DNA of 32,000 nt, from NCBI RefSeq assembly GCF_000148385.1, contig NC_014537.1, positions 1,770,001 through 1,802,000 on the forward strand. Direction: 5' to 3'. The notes under the pieces are model-generated. The model made no database searches. It saw nothing but the letters and a program-made list of their open reading frames with translations, and had not been told where the DNA came from. Each line of letters opens with the position of its first letter. The first letter of the stretch is position 1. Position numbers and translations under genes: made by a program. This document shows, in pieces, positions 1-9,005 of the stretch. The stretch comes from Vulcanisaeta distributa DSM 14429. Lineage in GTDB: Archaea > Thermoproteota > Thermoprotei > Thermoproteales > Thermocladiaceae.

Positions 1-1
1 G

Positions 2-442
2 AGTCTCAGGGTTAAGTACCCAGTTAGGCTTAGTGGTGATGGTGAGTCGTTGATTATTGATGTTGATAAACCCATCAACACGAGCACCTTCACGGAGTTC
101 TTAAAGATGCTCGGTTCAGTGGAGGGCACTGACGGATCATACATTGTGAGGGGAAAGTTTGGAGAGGCTGAGGTCAGGGTTGGGCAGGGTAACAAGGTGC
201 TTATTTCCTCGGCCAGTAAGGAGTTGAGGATTCATATTGCAGGCTTTGTGGCTAGGGCATCAATATGCGGTGAGTGCAATCTATGCATTAACTGGTGCCC
301 AACAAAGGCCCTGAGGCGCGTTGGTTCCGGCCCATCATTCATTGTTGATGAGAGTAAATGCATAAACTGCCTGCTTTGTTCCAAGGCATGCCCATCAGCT
401 CAATACCTAGTATACCGTAACCCTGAAATTCACGGAACCTGA
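2..442 (+). CDS. 3' part of a gene whose product ends in a 2x[4Fe-4S] ferredoxin-type domain; the gene continues beyond the left edge
   Basis: The frame is open from base 2, with no stop before the TTG at 50. Two cluster motifs are present: CGECNLCINWCP and CINCLLCSKACP. Confidence 0.7.
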   Translation, partial: SLRVKYPVRLSGDGESLIIDVDKPINTSTFTEFLKMLGSVEGTDGSYIVRGKFGEAEVRVGQGNKVLISSASKELRIHIAGFVARASICGECNLCINWCPTKALRRVGSGPSFIVDESKCINCLLCSKACPSAQYLVYRNPEIHGT

Positions 443-466
443 GTTTATTACCTTATTAATTATTTA

Positions 467-694
467 GTGAGTGTTTTATTGATGGATAAGGAGGAGGCCG
501 TTAGGGCCATTTACCACCTAGTTAATTGGTTAGTGAACCCAAATGAGGAGTTTAGTACAGTGCTTCAGTACTTGAATGAGTTGTGTATGGAGTTTGGCAC
601 CTGCGTTAAGGTTGATGAACCGACGAGGGTATCAGTCATGAAGGCAATTATAGAGGTTGTGATGGAGTTACTTAGTAAATGCGATAAAAATTAA
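467..694 (+). CDS. Small hypothetical protein, about 70 aa and predicted helical
   Basis: ORF only. The likely start is the ATG at 482 (MDKEEAV...). No recognisable motif. Confidence 0.35.
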   Translation: MSVLLMDKEEAVRAIYHLVNWLVNPNEEFSTVLQYLNELCMEFGTCVKVDEPTRVSVMKAIIEVVMELLSKCDKN

Positions 695-771
695 TTCCAG
701 CAATACTCGCTTAATCAATGGGTTGGTTAGAAGAGCTTAGGGGTAGAATAGAAATAACACGGAAAAAGGTA

Positions 772-1232
772 TCAGTCCTCATTGACGTATAGCCATAATG
801 CCGTCGCTACACTATCGAGGACGCCCCTGAAAAACCTCTCCTCAAGCTCCTTTAAGTCGCCCTCAAACCTATTACCCAAATACTCACCATCCAACAATGC
901 CTTAAGTCTCTTGAAATCAACTATCCCAGCAAACACCAACTCACCATTAATGAAAATACTCGGTACAGACCTAACATCTCTAACTTATTGATTAATCTAT
1001 AGTCAATGTGTGTCATTGTGGGTGAGACCCTCGATGATTGGTAGTTGTTCCTCAGTAATTCATGGGTGGCTAGGTCCACGTCACCCGTGACCATTAGGTC
1101 GTAGTGCCGCTGAAACCCACTCCTTGGTACTGCTGCTGTATATGCAGTAATGCCGAGCAGCAGCTTTAGGCGGTGCATAGATTTAACAAGCCCAACGCAC
1201 CTCCTTAATTCCTTGATTAGTGCCTTGGGCAT
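772..1232 (-). pseudogene. Glutaredoxin/thioredoxin-fold gene split by a frameshift and lacking the CxxC active site
   Basis: The ORF at 1232..921 (MPKALIKEL...) overlaps a second minus-strand frame at about 990..772. That frame reads DVRSVPSIFINGELVFAGIVDFKRLKALLDGEYL..., which carries the Grx cis-Pro signature (VPxIFINGxxxxG). The second frame has no start codon of its own. At the expected CxxC position the sequence reads TAAVPRS. Confidence 0.35.
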
Positions 1233-1294
1233 TATCTTTGCGGTTGTTGTTTTGTGTCCTCTAATTTTAAGTTGGTGTTTTGTTGTTTTGTTTG

Positions 1295-1864
1295 ATGGGC
1301 CTCGCCAGGTTTTTAATTGCCGGCTTCGTCGGTGCTTTGCTTTTCCTATCCCTTTACTTCCTCGTTATTTGGCTTCAGTCTAGCTTGATCGCAAACCCAA
1401 TGTTCATGGGTAGCCTCGGTTTGGGTTCACCGTTTATAATTCATGTTGGTTGTGTTGGGATTAACCCAGTGCCAATAATCATCGACGCCGTTGTCTTAGC
1501 CGTACTCGCTCTGAACCTCGACTCAGTGGGTGGGTTAATTAGGGCTTTAAAGCTGACGATGACCTCCTCAGTAATCATAGCCTCAATAGCCTCATTTGCC
1601 TACTCAATCGTGATTCATAGCCTAAGCGGCTTGGTCATTTACGAGGTCAACTCACTCACCATGCTCGCGGCTTTGATGATCGGCGTGATTGCAATGATGG
1701 CAATCTGCATTATGGCCAAAGCCACTGAGTGCCTTAGGCCCAGTGCGCTGGCTTTAATCACCTACGCCAATGCATTGATCATAGACTACCTAGTCGATGC
1801 CCTGAACTCAGTGACTATAGCCATCGCGAAGGGGCTATTCCGAATTCGCTGGCGTATTCCCTGA
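1295..1864 (+). CDS. Polytopic membrane protein of unknown function
   Basis: The ORF contains several long hydrophobic segments. The first ATG is at 1295; the ORF track begins at a TTG at 1280. Confidence 0.5.
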   Translation: MGLARFLIAGFVGALLFLSLYFLVIWLQSSLIANPMFMGSLGLGSPFIIHVGCVGINPVPIIIDAVVLAVLALNLDSVGGLIRALKLTMTSSVIIASIASFAYSIVIHSLSGLVIYEVNSLTMLAALMIGVIAMMAICIMAKATECLRPSALALITYANALIIDYLVDALNSVTIAIAKGLFRIRWRIP

Positions 1865-2053
1865 GTGAGGAGTCCAGCATGAGCGCGTACCTAAGCCCAA
1901 CCCTCCTCCTCACTGCCTCCAGCCAGTTCCTGACCATAGACCCGCTTATTGGCACGCCCTGGAGGGTCTGGTTCACCCACGTCATGCATAGCCCCAACGC
2001 ATTAGGCGCACGGCCTAACGTATTTTTAAATTCATGAGAAACCCATTACTTTG

Positions 2054-3655
2054 ATGAGCGCGGGAAACCTGCAAATCGGGGTAGGGAGTGGAAGCCAGCC
2101 CGTGGGCCCTGGGCCAATATGCTGGGGTGTCAAGTCAGGTAAAAGGCTGGTGTGTGGCGAGCCAGTAAACGACCTGAGGGTTGTTGATGAGGTAATGAGG
2201 CTAGTCGACGAGTTCCTAAGTAGGGTTGAGAGGCACAAAGCCGTGCTGCTGAGTGATTCGAGCACGCCGTTTGACTACGCCGTTGATGCGATGATTAATT
2301 GGTTACAGGCGATTGAGGGGAGAATCAAGGAAGGCAGCGATGAGAATACCGCAAACTTAAGGAGGGCAATGCGTGAAGCAGGCAAGAAAATGCTAGAGCT
2401 GGCAAGGCAAGCAAGGGAGGAGTGGCTCAGCACCTATCGGGAAGAACTCGGGGAGTTGCTTGGGAAGCTGAGGAGTGGTGAGGCGACGGTAGTAATACGC
2501 GGTGAACCACTCAACATTGATAAGTCATTCACAGTACTCCTATACACTGACCACCTGGCGGTTAAGGTCGAGAGAGTTGCTAAGTCGGGAAGCATAACAG
2601 TGAGTATAATGCTGACCGGGCTTGATGGTGTGCACGTGATTACGCCAAAGCTATTCAGCGATGATTTGTTAAGACCAATGCGGTATGGCCTGCTCATGAC
2701 CGACGCCACAATCGATAAGGGCTACCCGCAAATGGATACTAACCAACTTTGGCAGGCCGTGGTTTGGCCGTTAACATGGCCTGGGAGGAACTACGTGTTC
2801 ATAAGTAGCTTAGGTATTAATGATGGTGATGTAAAGATTACGTGGCAATTGACGGCTATTGACCATAGAGGTGTCTTCGGGAGTAAGGCTGAGGTCGCTG
2901 AGGAGGTGCTTAGGCTCGATGACAATGCATTCATAACCTTCCTGCTCACCGCAGTCCTAGGCGATGGCAGTGTTGATACAGAGAAGGAGAGGGAGAGCAT
3001 TAGGCTCACAATCGGCAATTCGAAGTATGGGCTGTGGAGGGGCATTGTCGAGAGGATGGTGAGCCTCGGCTTCAAGGAGCACGATAATAAGCGCTTGAAA
3101 GTGAAGGTAATCGGTATTTACTCCTCGAGGGCCGTCGCGCTGGCTCAGAGGTGGCTTGGCGACCTATTGATTAGGGCTTTGGTCGAGGACTTGAGCCAAC
3201 TGCCCGATGCAGAGAAGCTTAGGCGATTATTGACGCTGGCAAGCTTGAGGATTAAGCCGTTGGGTAGGTCGATGGTTGAGGTCATCGATGGCGTATCAAT
3301 GAATGTGCACGTGGGTGGTAGTGGTTATGTTGAGTTGAGGGCTGTGCGTAGGAATCGCGAGGATGCGTTGGCGATCCAAGAGAGACTAAGGAACGCCGGC
3401 TACGACGCCATGCTTAGGGAGTTAAAGGATGGGTTCGTGGTCTCCATAATCAATGACGAAATAAAGATGCACCCAGGGCTGGTCGCCGAGGTCTGCAAGA
3501 TACTTAGGAGGATGCACGAGGAGGCAATAAGCGAGGGGAATAAAAGGAGGGCTTGGAGGGTAGCTAAGGCAATGAAGAAACTAAACTGCCCCGCCCAAGG
3601 GCCCACGGGCCTAAAACAATTTCCTTATTCCCTTAACTTACTTTATTTGGCTTAA
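2054..3655 (+). CDS. Orphan 533-aa protein with a LAGLIDADG-like core domain
   Basis: A long ORF. The TATA-like element TATTTTTAAAT at about 2022-2032 lies about 27 nt upstream of the ATG at 2054. The segment AFITFLLTAVLGDGSV-x8-IRLTIGNSK-x-GLWRGIVERMVSLGF-x-KVKVIGIYSSRAVALAQRWL resembles the helix-GDG-strand-strand-helix layout of single-motif LAGLIDADG enzymes. Confidence 0.6.
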   Translation: MSAGNLQIGVGSGSQPVGPGPICWGVKSGKRLVCGEPVNDLRVVDEVMRLVDEFLSRVERHKAVLLSDSSTPFDYAVDAMINWLQAIEGRIKEGSDENTANLRRAMREAGKKMLELARQAREEWLSTYREELGELLGKLRSGEATVVIRGEPLNIDKSFTVLLYTDHLAVKVERVAKSGSITVSIMLTGLDGVHVITPKLFSDDLLRPMRYGLLMTDATIDKGYPQMDTNQLWQAVVWPLTWPGRNYVFISSLGINDGDVKITWQLTAIDHRGVFGSKAEVAEEVLRLDDNAFITFLLTAVLGDGSVDTEKERESIRLTIGNSKYGLWRGIVERMVSLGFKEHDNKRLKVKVIGIYSSRAVALAQRWLGDLLIRALVEDLSQLPDAEKLRRLLTLASLRIKPLGRSMVEVIDGVSMNVHVGGSGYVELRAVRRNREDALAIQERLRNAGYDAMLRELKDGFVVSIINDEIKMHPGLVAEVCKILRRMHEEAISEGNKRRAWRVAKAMKKLNCPAQGPTGLKQFPYSLNLLYLA

Positions 3656-3757
3656 TGAATTGTTGGGTACCTTCAGAGAGTGCGCCTGAGACTTGATGAT
3701 GGCTCGTGTCCCTGATCATCTTCATCCTCATTATTTCTATTCGCCGCTGAGGCTATT

Positions 3758-4831
3758 ATGAATTTCGTTAATCTATGGCAGGAGGAGGGTGAGCCGTGGG
3801 AATTGGCCCTTGATCATATTATTGAAGCCAAAAAAGTCTTTACGCAATTTATTAATGCCCCATCATGGCGAAGCATTGCTGCTGTGCCGAGTGCCACGTA
3901 TGGGTTAAATGCGTTATTATCTGCCATGGAGTTTAGGCCTGGTAGTAACGTGGTCATTAGTTCGCTCAACTTCCCAACGGGTGTCTTCTCATTCCACGCT
4001 CTTAGGTCCCGCGGCTTAATTAGGGAGGTTAGGATCGCGAGGTCCGTTAATGGGTACGTGCCTCTGGAGGAGTATGAGAGGCTCATTGATGATAATACTG
4101 CCATTGTATTTGTTGATTATGTTTCCTGGATAACGGGTTATAGGGAGAGGATTAGGGAGATTGCTGAGATTGCGCATGCGAGAGGTGCGGTGCTAATAAG
4201 CGACGCGTTTCACGCAGTCGGCGTTTTACCAATTGATGTAACTAAGGATGGTGTTGATGCCTTAATTACAGGTTCATATAAATGGTTACTTGGCCCGCAT
4301 GGTGCCGGCTTTGTCTACGTTAGCGACGAGTTATTGAGCAGGCTTAAACCATCATTATCGGGTTGGATGGGGATTGATGATAACCAAGTGAGTAGGAGGT
4401 TAAGGAGTGAGAAATTGTTTGAGAGGCCAATAGACATCAGTACGTACATGCCCGCCAAGGATGCTGCAAGGCTTGAGTGGGGTACGTGGCCAATAATCGC
4501 ATTCGAAGGGACCTTGGCATCCATGAAGTTACTGCTTAAGTACGAGGTGCCTCATAGGTTTGAGGAGCATACTAGTAAGTTAATTATGCGTCTGGCGGAT
4601 TCACTAGGGGATTTGGGGCTTAAGATAACGACACCACTTAATAGCCACGCAGCAATACTGACCTTCGAGTACTCAGACCCCTACGGACTTGCTGAGTTCC
4701 TCAGTAGGAATGGTATCGTGGTCTCTCCAAGGCCCGGTACCATCAGAGTATCACCGCATGGTTATAACACTGTTGAGGAGATTGAGAGGTTAATAGAGGC
4801 CCTTAGAGCGTACATTAGGTCTAGGGCTTAA
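3758..4831 (+). CDS. Class V (cysteine desulfurase / selenocysteine lyase-like) PLP-dependent aminotransferase
   Basis: The motif ITGSYKWLLGPHGAGFVYV places a Lys at the position of the PLP-binding lysine of fold-type I class V enzymes. Length is 357 aa. Confidence 0.75.
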   Translation: MNFVNLWQEEGEPWELALDHIIEAKKVFTQFINAPSWRSIAAVPSATYGLNALLSAMEFRPGSNVVISSLNFPTGVFSFHALRSRGLIREVRIARSVNGYVPLEEYERLIDDNTAIVFVDYVSWITGYRERIREIAEIAHARGAVLISDAFHAVGVLPIDVTKDGVDALITGSYKWLLGPHGAGFVYVSDELLSRLKPSLSGWMGIDDNQVSRRLRSEKLFERPIDISTYMPAKDAARLEWGTWPIIAFEGTLASMKLLLKYEVPHRFEEHTSKLIMRLADSLGDLGLKITTPLNSHAAILTFEYSDPYGLAEFLSRNGIVVSPRPGTIRVSPHGYNTVEEIERLIEALRAYIRSRA

Positions 4832-5528
4832 TCAGTGATTTCTTCCTTAATAACCACCAATCCCTCCCATTACTTATTGCCTCTTCAAGCGGATCCTTAA
4901 CGCCCAACTCATTAAATGCCCTCCTCCTGGCAAGGCACCCGCTACATTGGCCGCATGGTACATCGTAATTATTATGGCAGGACCACGTGTACTCAAAGGG
5001 CACGCCCAATTTAAGGCCTAGTCTAACGACATCGGTCTTACTTAACCCTGAGAGCGGCGCTATGACCCTGAGCCCCCTGGCCCTGCCTATGTAGGTACCT
5101 ATTGTTAATGCCCTTGAGATAAACCTCCTGAATTCCCTCGACGTATCCGGGAAGTACTTCGTATCGTCGGCGTTATGGCCGGCCACTATCGTATCTATCC
5201 CAAATACCTCTGCGTAGTACGCGGCGACGGCGTATATTATGGCGTTCCTCGCGGGTATCGTACTTGGGTGAGCGTTCCTTAGGTGGCTCGGTCTTTCATC
5301 ATCATTATTCCATAGTTCATCAACCTCCCTCATAAATGGCAGGTCAACCTCAATCAATTTCGTATTTGTTAACCTGGCGAGTTCCCTCGCCGACTCCCTC
5401 TCACGTTCTCCCCTGCCCGGGTAATTTATTGATAGGGCAATCACGTCATAGCCCCGAGACTTAAGTAGGTATAGAGCAACGGCTGAATCAATACCTCCCG
5501 ACAGCAGTAGTATGGCTTTTTTCTTCAT
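4821..5528 (-). CDS. queC: 7-cyano-7-deazaguanine synthase (archaeosine/preQ0 pathway)
   Basis: N-terminal PP-loop KAILLLSGGIDS. C-terminal zinc motif CHNNYDVPCGQCSGCLARRRAF, typical of QueC. Confidence 0.85.
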   Translation of the reverse strand: MKKKAILLLSGGIDSAVALYLLKSRGYDVIALSINYPGRGERERESARELARLTNTKLIEVDLPFMREVDELWNNDDERPSHLRNAHPSTIPARNAIIYAVAAYYAEVFGIDTIVAGHNADDTKYFPDTSREFRRFISRALTIGTYIGRARGLRVIAPLSGLSKTDVVRLGLKLGVPFEYTWSCHNNYDVPCGQCSGCLARRRAFNELGVKDPLEEAISNGRDWWLLRKKSLIKP

Positions 5529-5621
5529 TCATAAATGAGCACACCATTATTATTAATAAGTAGTTTGTGATTATTCATTGAGGTTATGCATTAAAATCAA
5601 GTAACCATATCATTAAGTAAT

Positions 5622-7007
5622 ATGACTAGGGACCCAATCGGCGAGGCTATAATCCATTATGCCCTTAATGTTAAGTTTGAGGACTTGGATCAACAGGTCA
5701 TTAATGAGGTTAGGCGTAGGGTCCTTGATAGTCTTGGCGTCGCCCTGGCAGCCTTCATGGCAGAGCCCGTTAAGATAGCCAGGGGAATTGCTAAGAATCA
5801 TCGGTCAAATGTTGAGGCCACACTATGGGGCACACTTGATGCATCATCAATTGAATGGGCAGTGTTTACAAACGCGCTCATGGTTAGGTACCTTGATTAT
5901 AATGATACATACCTGAGCAAGGAGCCCTTACACCCAAGTGACATGATACCGGCATTGCTGGCGGCCGCTGAGTACAGGGGATTGAGTGGTAAGGACTTGG
6001 TAACGGCCATAGCCACCTCGTACGAGATAGGCGTTAGGCTTTGCGATGCGGGTAGCCTTAGGCTTCATGGTTGGGATCACGTTAATTATATAGGCATCGC
6101 GGTCACGGCGGGGCTCGCGAAACTCATGGGCCTCAGTGAGAATGAGGCTTTGAACGCGTTATCAATCGCTACAGTGCCTCATGCAGCCATGAGGCAGTCA
6201 AGGGTTGGTGAGCTGAGCCATTGGAAGGCAGCTGCAACTGCTAACTCCTCAAGGAATGCCGTGTTCGCAGTATTGCTTGCTAAGGAGGGTTTCACGGGGC
6301 CTGATGCGCCATTGAAGGGTGAGATGGGTTTCATAAGGCAGTTACTGGCTGGGGACTTCAATGATAAGTTAATACTTGACCTGGGCTCAATGCCGAGTCC
6401 AAAGAGGATCCTGGACACGTACATAAAGCCATACCCAGTGGAGTACCATGCGCAGTCAGCGGTTGATGCGGCTAGGATCATTAGGCAAGAGTATGGAAAG
6501 GCCATAGAGCCTGATGATGTTGAGTTAATAACGATAGACACGTTTAAGGCTGCTTACGACATAATAGTTAAGGATCCCGAGAAGTGGGATCCAAAGACCA
6601 AGGAGACCGCTGACCACAGCCTAATGTGGGTAACAGCGGTAGCGCTGCTTTATGGTACTGTCGAGCTATATCACTATAAGCCCGAGAATATACGTGACCC
6701 CAGGGTACTCTCACTGATAAGGAAGATGAAGGTTAATGTCGACCCGGAGCTCGATAAGTTATACCCATCTGCAATACCCAATAGGATAACCGTGAAGTTT
6801 AAGGATGGTAAGGAGTTAACGGCTCGAGTAGATCATCCAAGGGGTCATCCAAAGAACCCAATGACGGATGAGGAGGTGGAGAATAAGTTTAGGAGGTTGA
6901 CTGATGGCTTATTAACGCCGGGTCAGGTCAATACCGTGATAAACCTCGTGAAAAACCTCGAAAATTTAAAGGATATTAAGCAGGTCCTTAAGGCTATAGT
7001 TATATGA
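5622..7007 (+). CDS. MmgE/PrpD family protein (2-methylcitrate dehydratase-like)
   Basis: 461 aa. The N-terminus (IIHYALNVKFEDLDQQVINEVRRRVLDSLGVALAA) and overall length fit the MmgE/PrpD family. Confidence 0.8.
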   Translation: MTRDPIGEAIIHYALNVKFEDLDQQVINEVRRRVLDSLGVALAAFMAEPVKIARGIAKNHRSNVEATLWGTLDASSIEWAVFTNALMVRYLDYNDTYLSKEPLHPSDMIPALLAAAEYRGLSGKDLVTAIATSYEIGVRLCDAGSLRLHGWDHVNYIGIAVTAGLAKLMGLSENEALNALSIATVPHAAMRQSRVGELSHWKAAATANSSRNAVFAVLLAKEGFTGPDAPLKGEMGFIRQLLAGDFNDKLILDLGSMPSPKRILDTYIKPYPVEYHAQSAVDAARIIRQEYGKAIEPDDVELITIDTFKAAYDIIVKDPEKWDPKTKETADHSLMWVTAVALLYGTVELYHYKPENIRDPRVLSLIRKMKVNVDPELDKLYPSAIPNRITVKFKDGKELTARVDHPRGHPKNPMTDEEVENKFRRLTDGLLTPGQVNTVINLVKNLENLKDIKQVLKAIVI

Positions 7008-7157
7008 GCGCATAATACATAAACCGTTATCCATGATCGCCTAATACATGTATAGTGACTATTTTATCACAGATGTAAAACACTGTGAGTGTTGTTATTT
7101 TCAATTATAGTTCACATGGTACGGTATTGTATCATCGTGATTTTATCGATTATTAAT

Positions 7158-7194
7158 AACTTTTGCATATTATAAAATGCAAAAAGTTTAAATT
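7158..7194 (+). promoter_or_regulatory. top6B promoter: inverted repeat next to a TATA box
   Basis: CTTTTGCAT (7160-7168) and ATGCAAAAG (7177-7185) form a perfect 9-bp inverted repeat around ATTATAAA. It is followed by GTTTAAATT (7186-7194), about 27 nt upstream of the ATG at 7221. Confidence 0.35.
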
Positions 7195-7220
7195 GGCTTC
7201 CGTTTCCTAGGCTTTAGATC

Positions 7221-8840
7221 ATGGGCACTAACGATATTGTTAAGTTTGAGGCCTTATCGCCGGCCGAGTTCTTTAGGCGTAATCGAGAAATAGCAGGGTT
7301 TAGTAACCCGACTAGGGCTGTTTATCAGACGATTAGGGAGCTCGTTGAGAATAGTCTCGATGCAACTGAGACGTTTAAGATACTGCCGAGTATAAAGATC
7401 TACATTGATTATGCGGATCAATCTAGGAATTGGGTTAGTATTTATGTTGAGGATAACGGCATTGGAATACCTGGGGATGAAATACCAAACGTCTTTGGCA
7501 GGGTATTCTACAGCAGTAAGTATAGGATTAAGCAGCACAGGGGCATCTTTGGGCTTGGGGCGAAGATGGTTGTGCTGTACGCGCAATCTACTACGAACAC
7601 GCCAATACTCGTTAGAAGCGCGCCGTTGAAGAGTGACGTTATTTATGAATATCAGTTGATGATTGACATTACGAAGAACGAACCCGTGATAGTCTCGCAG
7701 AGAACATTGGAAAATAAGTATGCGTGGCATGGCACGGCGATAAAGGTCGTGCTTGAGGGCGACTGGCCAAAGGCAAAGCGGAGGGTTGAGGAGTACCTGA
7801 GGAGGACCGCCATGGTCGCGCCATACGCAGAATTCGTGCTTAGGGGCCCCGATGAGGATGACGCCATTAAAATACCCAGGATAACCACGAAAATGCCCGA
7901 CCCACCTGAGGAGGGTCTTCCTCATCCCAAGAGTGTTGATGTGGAGCTGATAAAGCAGTTAATACAGAGAGACCCAAGCATGCCACTACTTGAATTTCTC
8001 GTCGAGAACTTCGATGGCGTTGGCGAAACAATCGCAAAGACATTCCTAGACTTCGTTGGGTTACCGCCAGATATGCCCGTGGGCAAGCTCGTTAATGACG
8101 AATTGGTTAATTTTGTGACGAAGATGAGGGAGTTCAATGGGTGGAGGAGGCCAAGGGCTGATTGGCTTTCACCAATTGGTGAGGACATACTTGCTGAGGG
8201 CGTTAAGTTTATTCTTAGGCCCGAGGTCGTGTTTACAGTCACCAGAAAGCCAAGTTCATACATGGGCAATCCATTCATCGTTGAGGCAGCTCTTGCCTGG
8301 GGCGGATCTATTGAGCCTAGTGATAAACCGATTATTTATAGGTTCGCGAACAAGGTTCCGTTGATATATGATGAAGGTAATGACGTTGTTAGGAAGATAG
8401 TCGATGAGATTGACTGGACACAGTACAAGGTTAAGTTCCCAGCCTCACTGGCCATTGTGGTTCATATATGCTCGACGAAGATACCATACGCAAGCGCAGG
8501 TAAGGAGGCCATTGCCGAGGTCCCGGAGATTGAGTCGGAGGTTAGGAATGCTGTTAGGGAGGTTGCAAGGAAGCTCAGGCTTTACATAACAAGGAAGGAG
8601 AAGGAGCAGGAACTCCTAATGAAGTACGCAATATTCAGCATGTACGGTGAGGAGGTAGCCAACGCCCTCTCCTACGTGAGTAAGGCAGACCTTGACGAGC
8701 TGAGAGGAAGCATTAATGCGTTAATAAGGGAGAAGCTAAAGATAAGGAGTCTCGAGGAATTACTCACAAACACTGCTAACAATGCCGAGAACGGGAGTAA
8801 TGAAGGCAATAGTGATCAGGAACACGAGCCATCATCATGA
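7221..8840 (+). CDS. top6B: DNA topoisomerase VI subunit B
   Basis: The GHKL ATPase N-terminus (SPAEFFRRNREIAGFSNPTRAVYQTIRELVENSLDA ... VEDNGIGIP) and the 539-aa length are characteristic of Top6B. Confidence 0.9.
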   Translation: MGTNDIVKFEALSPAEFFRRNREIAGFSNPTRAVYQTIRELVENSLDATETFKILPSIKIYIDYADQSRNWVSIYVEDNGIGIPGDEIPNVFGRVFYSSKYRIKQHRGIFGLGAKMVVLYAQSTTNTPILVRSAPLKSDVIYEYQLMIDITKNEPVIVSQRTLENKYAWHGTAIKVVLEGDWPKAKRRVEEYLRRTAMVAPYAEFVLRGPDEDDAIKIPRITTKMPDPPEEGLPHPKSVDVELIKQLIQRDPSMPLLEFLVENFDGVGETIAKTFLDFVGLPPDMPVGKLVNDELVNFVTKMREFNGWRRPRADWLSPIGEDILAEGVKFILRPEVVFTVTRKPSSYMGNPFIVEAALAWGGSIEPSDKPIIYRFANKVPLIYDEGNDVVRKIVDEIDWTQYKVKFPASLAIVVHICSTKIPYASAGKEAIAEVPEIESEVRNAVREVARKLRLYITRKEKEQELLMKYAIFSMYGEEVANALSYVSKADLDELRGSINALIREKLKIRSLEELLTNTANNAENGSNEGNSDQEHEPSS

Positions 8841-9005
8841 AGCCTCAGACGCACCAGCAACATCACCAAACCAATGAGTGTATCTCAATGTGGGTTTATA
8901 TGATTATCTCCACCCAATTCATAATCACGCCGATAACTTCATGCCATGTAGATTCTTCAGGCTTATTTATCGTAAGTACTCATTGGCGAGTAAATCCCCG
9001 ATCCA

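Noticed and set aside
1815-2265. ORFs at 1815-1997 (-) and 2032-2265 (-)
   Set aside because: They are short and overlap the ends of better-supported plus-strand genes or the promoter region. No motifs were found.
2803-2835. Second LAGLIDADG-like string (SSLGINDGDV) in the orphan protein
   Set aside because: It lies only about 55 residues before the better motif, too close for a two-domain LAGLIDADG fold. The surrounding sequence also lacks the helix-strand pattern.
3693-3750. C/D box-like pattern: TGATGA (3694-3699), exactly 12 nt, CTGA (3712-3715), then another CTGA at 3747-3750
   Set aside because: There is no acceptable C' box (the best candidate is CTCATTA). The 3' half coincides with the TATA region of the leaderless aminotransferase promoter (TTATTTCTAT, about 27 nt from the ATG at 3758). 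It is still worth a look in small-RNA data.
7254-7925. A 223-aa ORF and several smaller ORFs antisense to top6B
   Set aside because: The ORF lies entirely inside and opposite a strongly supported gene. Its composition is low-complexity and Arg/Leu/Pro-rich, typical of shadow frames, and it has no motifs.
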